A DNA stretch of 46,014 bases from Gammaproteobacteria bacterium (GTDB lineage Bacteria; Pseudomonadota; Gammaproteobacteria; Steroidobacterales; MnTg04). Both the position numbers and the translations under genes were made by a program. Positions 18,867-26,770 of the stretch are shown here, piece by piece (the stretch's first letter is position 1; each line of letters starts with the position of its first letter). Location of the stretch: the NCBI GenBank assembly GCA_036443455.1, contig JAZFYI010000197.1, forward strand, positions 1 through 46,014. The letters run 5' to 3'. The notes beneath the pieces were generated by a model. That model made no database searches, was not told the DNA's origin, and saw only the letters and a program-made list of their open reading frames with translations.

Positions 18867-19735
18867 TGCGGGCTGATGCCGGTCCGCGCAAAACCATCCT
18901 CGCTGCACAGGCTGTGAACCTTCAGTGAACGGTAGTTGTCACGGGAAAAGGGCTTTCCCGGCCAGTACTCAAGCAAAGTCGCCTGCAGGCTGGACAAGCT
19001 GTCCGGCAGACCGACCACCAGGCGCTTGCATTGCATCGATTTCGCAATGAGCTGGACGATCTCCCTGAGCGAGAAATCCTGTGGTCCGCAAAGTTGCAGC
19101 GTCTTGCCGTCCAACGCCTGATCGTCCAGGCAAAGCATGATCACGCTGACCACATCTTCGACATAAACCGGCGCCATGCGGGCGCGGGGAGCTGCTAGCG
19201 GAAACACCGGCGATAATCGCAGCAGGCTGGCGAAGCGATTGGTAAAGGAATCGCCGGCGCCAAAAATAACCGATGGCTGCAGTATCGTTGCGGTCAGCTC
19301 CCGTGCGGACCGGCGAATAATTTTCTCCGCTTCCCCCTTGCTGCGCAAATAATGGCTGGCGCCTTGTTCGCCATCCGCATTCAAGGCGCTGAGATAGACC
19401 AGGCGCGGCACCTGGTTTTGCAGGCAGGAGTCGACGACTTTCTTGCTCAGTTCCGTGTGCACCTGCCTGAAGCCGCGACCGTCATGGCCTTTCTCATTCA
19501 ATATTCCGACCAAGTTAATGACCGAGTCGCAACCTTCGAACAGCGAGTCCAGCGTTTCCTGCCGGTGGATATCGCATTGCCTGAGCTCGAGGTTCGGGTG
19601 GACCAGCAAATCCCTGTGGTCCTCGCGATAGCGGGTCGGTACCCGGAGGTGATGGCCCTGGTTGGCGAGGCGAGCGAGCAAGCGGTGACCGACAAAGCCG
19701 GTTCCGCCGAGTACGCAGATGACAGATTTTTTCAT
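18779..19735 (-). CDS. NAD(P)H-binding atypical SDR (NDUFA9/NmrA-like)
   Basis: VLGGTGFVGHRL Rossmann motif, with YLRSKGEAE as the YxxxK equivalent. Confidence 0.75.
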   Translation of the reverse strand: MKKSVICVLGGTGFVGHRLLARLANQGHHLRVPTRYREDHRDLLVHPNLELRQCDIHRQETLDSLFEGCDSVINLVGILNEKGHDGRGFRQVHTELSKKVVDSCLQNQVPRLVYLSALNADGEQGASHYLRSKGEAEKIIRRSARELTATILQPSVIFGAGDSFTNRFASLLRLSPVFPLAAPRARMAPVYVEDVVSVIMLCLDDQALDGKTLQLCGPQDFSLREIVQLIAKSMQCKRLVVGLPDSLSSLQATLLEYWPGKPFSRDNYRSLKVHSLCSEDGFARTGISPHHFSRLIPGWLGPAMARDKRDVARRAAGR

Positions 19736-19829
19736 CGTCCAATCCACAATCAGTTTTGACCGCCTGGCGAGGCAAATTTCACGGACTCGTATTGTGCTTT
19801 AATCAGCGCATTATCAACAGGATGAAAAC

Positions 19830-20660
19830 TTGGAAAACCAGGTTATTGGCTTGCTCGAGATTTTCGCAAACCTGCCGGGCTGGTGGATTTTCCCGCTAAC
19901 CGGATTGCTTGCCGGTGTGCTGGCGGGCTGTTTTGGTATCGGTGGCGGTCTCGTGGTCGTGCCCGTGCTGGCGTGGGTGTACGCGGGGATGGAGCTTGCC
20001 GAGCCGGTGCGCATGCATCTGGCAATCGGTACTTCTCTCGCGACGATCGTGCCGACCTCGCTCAGCTCGATTTATGCTCATCACCGGCGTGGCGCAGTCT
20101 TGTGGCGGGTTTTCAGCCGTTTGGTGCCAGGCATATTGGCGGGAGGGCTGGCCGGCGCGGCACTGGCCAATGCGCTGGATTTTCCGCAACTCAAATTCTT
20201 GTTCAGTTGCCTGCTGTTGCTGATTGCCCTGCGCATCGCGATCGATAGCAAACCCGTCGGACGCCGGGAGATGCCGGGTCGGGCCGGCATGACGATGGCG
20301 GGGATCGGTATCGGCACGGTTGCGGCTTTGGGCGGAATCGGCGGTGGAGTGCTGACCAATCCCTACCTGCTCTGGTGCAGCGTCGATATCCGCCGCTCGG
20401 TTGCGACGGCCGCTGCCTGCACGCTGCCGGTCGCCCTCGCCGGCAGCGCGGGGTTCATCCTCGCGGGTCTGGACGCCGATGGCTTGCCGCAATTCAGTAG
20501 CGGCTATGTGTACTGGCCCGCGGTGGCCGGCATGGCGGCAGCCAGCCTGTTCGGCGCGCCGCTGGGGGCGGCGATCGCGCACAACGCCCCAACCCGCGGC
20601 CTGCGGCGGGCCCTGGCTATCCTGCTGATGATAGTGGGCCTGAAGATGCTGCTGTACTAG
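19830..20660 (+). CDS. TauE/SafE family anion exporter
   Basis: About eight TM helices with repeated G(I/V)GGG motifs (FGIGGGLVVVP, LGGIGGGVL). The start appears to be TTG. Confidence 0.8.
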   Translation: MENQVIGLLEIFANLPGWWIFPLTGLLAGVLAGCFGIGGGLVVVPVLAWVYAGMELAEPVRMHLAIGTSLATIVPTSLSSIYAHHRRGAVLWRVFSRLVPGILAGGLAGAALANALDFPQLKFLFSCLLLLIALRIAIDSKPVGRREMPGRAGMTMAGIGIGTVAALGGIGGGVLTNPYLLWCSVDIRRSVATAAACTLPVALAGSAGFILAGLDADGLPQFSSGYVYWPAVAGMAAASLFGAPLGAAIAHNAPTRGLRRALAILLMIVGLKMLLY

Positions 20661-20661
20661 G

Positions 20662-20819
20662 AGCCTGTCGGACTTAGGATTGTTCTACTGCGGCGGTGGG
20701 TAATCGGCCCATTTTTCCGATCCTTTTCGTTACACGAACCACTATTCGCCGCAAACGATCGAAAAAATGACCTCGATTCCCCACCGCCTCGCTACGAACA
20801 CCTAAGTCCGACAAGCTCC
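20662..20819. repeat. 158-bp imperfect palindromic intergenic element (E1), MITE/ERIC-like
   Basis: It fills the gap between the convergent tauE-like and degQ genes. The outer arms GAGCCTGTCGGACTTAGG / CCTAAGTCCGACAAGCTC pair at 17/18. Inner paired blocks include GGCGGTGGG/CCCACCGCC, AATCG/CGATT and TTTTCG/CGAAAA. It shares a roughly 60-bp core with the element at 26501-26732. Confidence 0.7.
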
Positions 20820-20826
20820 CAGTCGC

Positions 20827-22185
20827 TTACTGGATCGGTATCCGCAGACGACTATTTCCGCGTCTGATGGTTAGCAGCAATACTTCCGCGCCGGCGGCCC
20901 GCTCGCGGAATTGCTGGAGGTTTCCCACGTCGCGACGATTGACTTTCGTAATGATGTCGTCAGGCCTCAGTCCACGTTGTGCGGCAGGACTGTTTGGCTC
21001 GATGCCGACTATCCGCACGCCGTCGTGTTCATCCGCCGAGCTGGTGCCGATGAAACTGGCTCCTTCCAGGCCGCGGTGTACCTCCTCGCCTGCCAGCGGG
21101 GTGTTTTGCACCTGCTCACCCAGGCGCGCAAGGACGATCCGGGTTTCTCCATCGCGCCAGACCCCGATTCGCACCGTCTCTCCTACAGGCTTCATGCCGA
21201 TGGTGTTGCGCAACTCGGCCGAATTCTTAACGGTTTTTCCGTCAACCTCGATAATGACGTCGCCAGGCTCAATCCCGGCCTTGGCGGCGGCCGAATTTTC
21301 ACTGACCTCGGAGACCAGGGCGCCCAGCGCGTCTTCTTTTTCCAGCTCTTTCGCCAACGCCGGTGTAAGCGAATAAATCTGCACGCCGAGCAGGCCTCTG
21401 CGAACCTCACCAAACTCGATGATCTGGTTCATTACTGCGTTGACCATGTTCGATGGAATGGCAAAACCGATACCGATATTGCCGCCGCCACCCGAGATGA
21501 TGGCGCTGTTGATGCCGACCAGTTCCCCATTCAGGTTGATCAGGGCGCCACCGGAGTTGCCGGGGTTGATCGATGCATCGGTCTGGATGAAGTCCTCATA
21601 GCCGTCCGGGTTGATGCCGTGCCTGCCCAGAGCGCTGATGATGCCGGAGGTCACCGTATGCTGCAGACCGAAGGGGTTGCCAATCGCGACCACAAAGTCA
21701 CCGACGCGGGCGGCATCCGAATTCGCCAACGGGATATCCTGCAGGCCTTCGCTATCGACCTTCAATACCGCGAGATCCGAAGCGGGATCCCTGCCAACCA
21801 CGGTTGCCTGCAAAACCCGATCGTCAAACATCGTTACGGTGATCTTATCCGCATGCTCGACCACATGATTGTTGGTAATGATGTAACCGTTTTCCGCGTC
21901 TACGATGACGCCGGAGCCAGCGCTTTGAAAATGTCGGGGCTGGGGCGGTGCGTTAAAAAACCGGCGGAAGAAGGGGTCGTTCTGGAACGGGTTGTTGCTT
22001 CGGCCCGCTGTTTCCACGGTGCCCGTGGTCGCAATATTGACCACGGCGGGTGAAGCTTTTTCGATCAGCGGCGCCAGTGTTGGCGTACCGTTTTCATCGC
22101 TGGTCGGAAATATGGTCGCACCGGCAGGCTGGATAACCAGGAAGAATAATATTGCCGTTGCCAGGAATTTTCTGTTGCTTTTCAT
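20827..22185 (-). CDS. degQ: Do-family periplasmic serine endoprotease (DegP/DegQ), two PDZ domains
   Basis: Signal peptide present. Catalytic motifs are TNNHVV (His), DLAVLK (Asp) and GNSGGAL (Ser). Two PDZ-like segments follow. Confidence 0.92.
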   Translation of the reverse strand: MKSNRKFLATAILFFLVIQPAGATIFPTSDENGTPTLAPLIEKASPAVVNIATTGTVETAGRSNNPFQNDPFFRRFFNAPPQPRHFQSAGSGVIVDAENGYIITNNHVVEHADKITVTMFDDRVLQATVVGRDPASDLAVLKVDSEGLQDIPLANSDAARVGDFVVAIGNPFGLQHTVTSGIISALGRHGINPDGYEDFIQTDASINPGNSGGALINLNGELVGINSAIISGGGGNIGIGFAIPSNMVNAVMNQIIEFGEVRRGLLGVQIYSLTPALAKELEKEDALGALVSEVSENSAAAKAGIEPGDVIIEVDGKTVKNSAELRNTIGMKPVGETVRIGVWRDGETRIVLARLGEQVQNTPLAGEEVHRGLEGASFIGTSSADEHDGVRIVGIEPNSPAAQRGLRPDDIITKVNRRDVGNLQQFRERAAGAEVLLLTIRRGNSRLRIPIQ

Positions 22186-22247
22186 GCATGCTCCGATTCT
22201 GTTTGGTCCGGTCGCTCACCGGAACCCCGATTATACAACCGCTAAAG

Positions 22248-22276
22248 GCGGACAGGAAAAACCGGTGGAAAGTTCC
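22248..22276 (-). promoter_or_regulatory. possible sigmaE/AlgU-type promoter for degQ
   Basis: The minus strand reads GGAACTT (22276-22270), a 17-nt spacer, then TCCGC (22252-22248). The -35 matches the extracytoplasmic-stress consensus GGAACTT, but the -10 is only a partial match to TCtgA. Confidence 0.3.
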
Positions 22277-22453
22277 ACCCGATTTTAATGACCCAAATGA
22301 ATTACGGCCTTGATCGACCTCGATATCGATCTTTTTCGGCCGGTTTCCCGCACGAGCTTTTTTAGGGCCAATTGGCAGGATTTCAAGTCACCGACCGGTT
22401 GCGTGGGGATAAAGCTGTTCACCAGCTGTGGAAAAGGTGTCAGAATCCGGTGA

Positions 22454-22469
22454 ACACAATATCTTGTGG
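22454..22469 (+). promoter_or_regulatory. NrdR box (distal)
   Basis: ACACAATATCTTGTGG compared with the recalled NrdR-box consensus acaCwAtATaTwGtgt. Confidence 0.55.
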
Positions 22470-22579
22470 TTCAGCAAAAACAGCGCTTTTTTCATACAGA
22501 CAACTGAATTTAATAGAGAAATTCATGTTTATGCTATAACTTATTGACACTTATAGAGTTTTCCATAGATAAAAATACC

Positions 22580-22608
22580 TTGACAGCCGATAGGCGGCGG
22601 CATAATCT
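22580..22608 (+). promoter_or_regulatory. sigma70-type promoter for nrdJa
   Basis: TTGACA (22580-22585) followed 15-17 nt later by CATAATCT (22601-22608). A second candidate is TTGACA 22544-22549, N16, TAGATA. Confidence 0.45.
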
Positions 22609-22618
22609 TCCTTCCCCG

Positions 22619-22634
22619 ACACTACATATTGTGT
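22619..22634 (+). promoter_or_regulatory. NrdR box (proximal)
   Basis: ACACTACATATTGTGT is a near-consensus 16-bp NrdR box. It lies immediately downstream of the predicted -10. Confidence 0.7.
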
Positions 22635-22776
22635 TTTCCTGAATTGTTATGGCGAAGGCCCAAATGCCGTTCAGGAACAGGGAAAATGGCACGTCGACAC
22701 CGGAAAAACGGCTGAGACGCGCAAAAAATAACAAGCAATGCCAGGCATTGCATGGAAGGGGAAACCAAGCCGGACT

Positions 22777-24924
22777 ATGAAAACAGCTAGAAAAATCGAC
22801 CCAAAGGACCTGGGCGAAATTGCTTTCCAGGCCGCCTCACTGGATATCTGGGACACCAAATACCGGCTCAAAGCCAAAGACGGAAAAATCATCGACCAGA
22901 GGCTCGATGACACCTATCTGCGGGTCGCCAACGCGCTGGCCGCGGTTGAAACACCCGAAAAGCAGGACTACTGGGCCGAGCGGTTTATCTGGGCTCTGCG
23001 CAAAGGCGCTATTCCGGCTGGCCGCATCATCTCCAACGCGGGCGCTTCCGAGCACAAACCGGCGACTTCGACCATCAACTGCACGGTCTCCGGAACCATT
23101 AACGACTCGATGGCCGAAATCCTGGACAAGGTCAAGGAAGCGGGCATGACGTTGAAGGCCGGTTGTGGAATCGGCTACGAGTTTTCGACCTTGAGGCCTC
23201 GAGGCGCCTATGTCTCCGGTGCGGGAGCCTATACATCCGGACCGCTGTCGTTCATGGATATTTACGACAAAATGTGTTTCACGGTGTCGTCGGCGGGGGG
23301 GCGTCGCGGCGCGCAGATGGGCACTTTCGATGTCGGTCATCCGGATATGCTGGAATTCGTACGCGCCAAGCGCGAAGCGGGCCGCCTGCGCCAGTTCAAC
23401 CTGTCCTTGCTGATTACCGATGAATTCATGCGGGCGGTGAAGGATGACCAGCCCTGGCATCTTGCATTCCCGGTCAGTCGCCGGGAGGCGGTCAAGGAAA
23501 ATCTCGATTTGCAAAATGCCGATGAATATATCTGGCGCGAGTGGCCGGGCGAGGGAGATTTTGTCCGCAACGACGAAGGATTGGTGGCCTGCCGCATCTA
23601 CAAGACCATGCCGGCTCAGCGGATGTGGGATGTCATCATGAGTTCCACATACGATTTTGCCGAGCCGGGGTTCATCCTGATCGACCGGGTCAACGAGCAG
23701 AACAACAATTGGTGGACGGAAAATGTGCGCGCGACCAACCCCTGTGGCGAGCAGCCATTGCCACCGTATGGTTCGTGCCTGCTTGGATCGATAAACCTCA
23801 CCCGCTTCGTCAGCGAACCGTTTACCGCTGACGCCAGCTTTGACTGGGAGGAGTATCGGAAAGTCGTCAAGGTGTTCACCCGCATGCTCGACAACGTCGT
23901 GGAAATCAATGGCTTGCCATTGGGTAAGCAGCGCGACGAGATTATCAACAAGCGACGACATGGCATGGGGTTCCTGGGTCTGGGTTCCACGCTGACCATG
24001 TTGCGCATGATTTACGGCGAGCAGGATTCGCTCGAATTTACCGAAAAAGTCGCCTGGGAACTCGCGCTGGCCGGTTGGCAAACGGGGCTGGAGCTGAGTC
24101 GTGAAAAAGGCCCGGCGCCGATCATGAACCAGGAGTTCAAAGTCACGGCGGAAATGTTGCGCAAACGACCGGAGATGAAACGCGACGGTTGGCAGGTCGG
24201 CGCCCGGATCGCCGGCAAGGTTTTGCATGCACGCTATAGCCGTTATATGCAGAAAGTCGCCGAGGTAGCGCCGGACCTGGTCGAAGAGCTGGCTGAAGTG
24301 GGGAGCCGGTTTACCCATCACAACTCGATCGCACCGACCGGAACGATATCCTTATCGCTGGCCAATAACGCCAGCAATGGGATAGAGCCGAGTTTTGCAC
24401 ACCACTATTTCCGCAACGTGATCAGGGAAGGTCGCAAGACCAAGGAAAAAGTCGCTGTTTACTCGTTCGAATTGCTGGCCTATCGGGAGTTGGTGGATGC
24501 CAATGCCGGCCCGAACCCGGAGAATGCCGATAACAAGTTGCCGGAATATTTTATCACCGCCGATGATATCAGCCCGCGGCAACATGTCGATATCCAGGCA
24601 GCTGCACAGAAATGGATAGATTCATCCATTTCCAAGACAGCCAATATCCCGACGGATTTTCCCTACGAAGAATTCAAGGACATCTATGTCTACGCCTACG
24701 AGCGGGGACTCAAGGGTTGTACGACGTTCCGCTTTAACCCTGAAGCGTTTCAGGGCGTGCTGGTCAAGGAAAAGGACCTGAAAAACACGACCTATGTATT
24801 TACGCTTGAGGATGGCAGTCAGATGGAATTAAAAGGCGACGAAGAGATTGAATACGATGGCGAAGTACACAGCGCGGCCAATCTTTTTGACGCATTGAAG
24901 GAAGGCTATTACGGCAAGTTTTGA
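22777..24924 (+). CDS. nrdJa: adenosylcobalamin-dependent (class II) ribonucleotide reductase, large fragment NrdJa
   Basis: RNR core motifs: TINCTV, GCGIGYEFSTLRPRG, NPCGEQPLPPYGSCLLGSINL and SIAPTGTISL. It ends at ...KEGYYGKF without the C-terminal Cys-rich tail. That tail is encoded by the separate ORF at 25263. Start is ATG 22777 or 22738. Confidence 0.9.
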   Translation: MKTARKIDPKDLGEIAFQAASLDIWDTKYRLKAKDGKIIDQRLDDTYLRVANALAAVETPEKQDYWAERFIWALRKGAIPAGRIISNAGASEHKPATSTINCTVSGTINDSMAEILDKVKEAGMTLKAGCGIGYEFSTLRPRGAYVSGAGAYTSGPLSFMDIYDKMCFTVSSAGGRRGAQMGTFDVGHPDMLEFVRAKREAGRLRQFNLSLLITDEFMRAVKDDQPWHLAFPVSRREAVKENLDLQNADEYIWREWPGEGDFVRNDEGLVACRIYKTMPAQRMWDVIMSSTYDFAEPGFILIDRVNEQNNNWWTENVRATNPCGEQPLPPYGSCLLGSINLTRFVSEPFTADASFDWEEYRKVVKVFTRMLDNVVEINGLPLGKQRDEIINKRRHGMGFLGLGSTLTMLRMIYGEQDSLEFTEKVAWELALAGWQTGLELSREKGPAPIMNQEFKVTAEMLRKRPEMKRDGWQVGARIAGKVLHARYSRYMQKVAEVAPDLVEELAEVGSRFTHHNSIAPTGTISLSLANNASNGIEPSFAHHYFRNVIREGRKTKEKVAVYSFELLAYRELVDANAGPNPENADNKLPEYFITADDISPRQHVDIQAAAQKWIDSSISKTANIPTDFPYEEFKDIYVYAYERGLKGCTTFRFNPEAFQGVLVKEKDLKNTTYVFTLEDGSQMELKGDEEIEYDGEVHSAANLFDALKEGYYGKF

Positions 24925-25047
24925 TCACGACAGGGAACAAGCGCTCCTGACCTGGAAGGCGGGTCGTTGAACCGCAACCGATTCAACGGTCCCCTTCGTT
25001 TTTGGCAGCAGCGGGGACCGTCGCTTTAACTGGGCCAGGGAGAAAAA

Positions 25048-25266
25048 GTGGGCGTTTATTTGCGTAATTGGAAAAAACGGAAAGAGCAAGTGGCATTCGA
25101 AAATTGGGCGGGCCGTCAGAACTGGCTTCGTGCTGGACTGATGGTCAAGGACGACCAGGACATACCCGTAACTTCCTGGCTGGAGCGGCATGTGGCTGAC
25201 GGCTTGCCCAAACCTGACAACATTAGCGACGGGCCTGACGCACAGGTCCGGGAGATTGAAGAATGA
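25048..25266 (+). CDS. hypothetical 72-aa Trp-rich protein between nrdJa and nrdJb
   Basis: GTG 25048 has AGGGAGA 6 nt upstream. Its stop TGA (25264-25266) overlaps the nrdJb ATG (ATGA coupling). I recognise no family. Confidence 0.35.
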   Translation: MGVYLRNWKKRKEQVAFENWAGRQNWLRAGLMVKDDQDIPVTSWLERHVADGLPKPDNISDGPDAQVREIEE

Positions 25267-25964
25267 AACCGGTCAAGATCAAGGGGAAAATTGTTGACTA
25301 TCGGGTCGATAGAGCCAATGCCGAGCAATCAGCCGGCAAAGCGAACCGGGGTGCGGTGGCCAAACCCAAGGTTGTCCAGATGCACGAAAAACTGGAACGA
25401 CCGGAGATGCTGGAGGGGTCTACTTACAAGTTGAAAAGCCCGGGCATGGATCACGCGATGTACATAACCATCAACGACATCGTGCTCAATGCCGGTACGG
25501 AGCATGAAGGCCGCAGACCATTCGAAATATTTATCAATACAAAAAATCTGGATCATTTCCAGTGGATAGTCGCGATGACGCGGATGATGTCCGCGGTGTT
25601 TCGAAAAGGGGGGGATGTCACGTTCCTGGTAGAGGAAATGAAAGCCGTTTTCGATCCGCGTGGCGGTTATTGGCTGCCAGGCGGCAGATTCATGCCATCG
25701 GTGATTGCCGAACTGGGTCATATCATCGAAAGGCATTTACAGAAAATCGGTTTACTTGGAAAAATCGACCTCGATGAGCATCAACTCCGGATGGTTGAAG
25801 AAAAACGTGCAGCATTTATCGAGCAAAACAGGCAGACCGATGCGTTTGTCAACACTGAATTTCCCGAGGGCGCTCAATTATGCACCAAGTGCAACACCGC
25901 GGCCCTCGTCCTCCTCGACGGGTGCATGACCTGTCTGAATTGCGGGGATTCCAAGTGCGGCTGA
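25263..25964 (+). CDS. nrdJb: class II ribonucleotide reductase, small C-terminal fragment NrdJb
   Basis: STYKLKSPGMDHAMYITINDIV... and the C-terminal CTKCNTAALVLLDGCMTCLNCGDSKCG Cys cluster correspond to the C-terminal part of long NrdJ proteins. The split layout resembles Pseudomonas aeruginosa nrdJa/nrdJb. Confidence 0.8.
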   Translation: MKPVKIKGKIVDYRVDRANAEQSAGKANRGAVAKPKVVQMHEKLERPEMLEGSTYKLKSPGMDHAMYITINDIVLNAGTEHEGRRPFEIFINTKNLDHFQWIVAMTRMMSAVFRKGGDVTFLVEEMKAVFDPRGGYWLPGGRFMPSVIAELGHIIERHLQKIGLLGKIDLDEHQLRMVEEKRAAFIEQNRQTDAFVNTEFPEGAQLCTKCNTAALVLLDGCMTCLNCGDSKCG

Positions 25965-25994
25965 TGGGCTGCAGGATGCGGCCTGTCTGACTTT

Positions 25995-26020
25995 AAGCGG
26001 CCTTCGGGCCGCTTTTTTTT
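25995..26020 (+). terminator. Rho-independent terminator after nrdJb
   Basis: AAGCGGCC-TTCG-GGCCGCTT forms an 8-bp GC-rich stem with a tetraloop, running into a T8 tract. Confidence 0.85.
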
Positions 26021-26103
26021 GCCGAAAAACAAGGGTTTCCTCCACAGACCGGCAGCGGGCCATTTGCTAATATCGGTCCGAATCAGGAGAGGTCAGACCA
26101 GCC

Positions 26104-26499
26104 ATGAGTAGAAATCAGCCGACTATCGGGACCGTTGCGCGCCAGGTTGGCGTCAATGTTGAAACCATCCGCTATTACCAACGTATCGGCCTGGTCAAGG
26201 AGCCGCCAAAAAACGGCGGGTTTCGCTTGTACTCGGATAAGGCGGTCACGAGATTGTTATATATACGCCACCTGAAGAAACTGGGGTTCACGCTGCGCGA
26301 GATAACCAACCTGCTGGAAGCCCGCGCCAAAGGTTGCGCCGAGGTCGGCGCAATTCTGACCAGAAAGCGCTCGGAAGTACTGCAAAAAATAGAGCAGATG
26401 CGCGCTGCCGCCGTGGAACTCGAACAGATGGAAATTGTTTGCCGAAAGCCATCATCCAAAGGGTCGCGGGCTTGCCCGCTGATTCCCGAATCTGACTAG
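26104..26499 (+). CDS. MerR-family metal-responsive-type transcriptional regulator (three-Cys, MerR/CadR/PbrR-like)
   Basis: The HTH region IGTVARQVGVNVETIRYYQRIGLV closely resembles Tn21 MerR (VNVETIRFYQRKGLL). Cysteines at about 78, 113 and 124 (...ACPLIPES) have spacing similar to the MerR/PbrR metal ligands. Confidence 0.8.
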   Translation: MSRNQPTIGTVARQVGVNVETIRYYQRIGLVKEPPKNGGFRLYSDKAVTRLLYIRHLKKLGFTLREITNLLEARAKGCAEVGAILTRKRSEVLQKIEQMRAAAVELEQMEIVCRKPSSKGSRACPLIPESD

Positions 26500-26500
26500 G

Positions 26501-26732
26501 AGTCTGCGCGGCAGAAAGTATTCCTGCTCGGCAACTGCTCTTGCGTTGCTCTGCCTCCTGCGTCCCTGCAGTCGTGCGAAAGCGCCACAGCGGCCTGTCT
26601 TGCCGATTTTTTTCGTTGCCTGGCCCCATTGTGCGCCGCAAAAGATCGAAAAACTGTCCTCGCTGTGACACTGTCTCGTTGCGGATATTTCTGCCGCAAA
26701 GACTCATGGAAATACTTTCTACCGCGCAGACT
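26501..26732. repeat. 232-bp element bounded by 24/25-bp inverted repeats (E2), MITE-like
   Basis: Left arm AGTCTGCGCGGCAGAAAGTATTCC (26501-26524). Right arm GGAAATACTTTCTACCGCGCAGACT (26708-26732). They pair with one mismatch and one 1-nt indel. A degenerate extra copy of the right arm lies at 26685-26703. An internal module at 26603-26662 is homologous to E1 20718-20776. Confidence 0.65.
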
Positions 26733-26770
26733 GCTAAAGTAGTTGTACCAGCCAACGACCAGGTGCTGCA

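Noticed and set aside
22609-22776. A possible cobalamin riboswitch in the leader of the B12-dependent RNR.
   Set aside because: The leader is short (about 170 nt). I could not find a B12-box-like element (GCCACTG-type core) or the conserved GGTG/AGGGAA arrangement. Only isolated GGGAAA strings are present.
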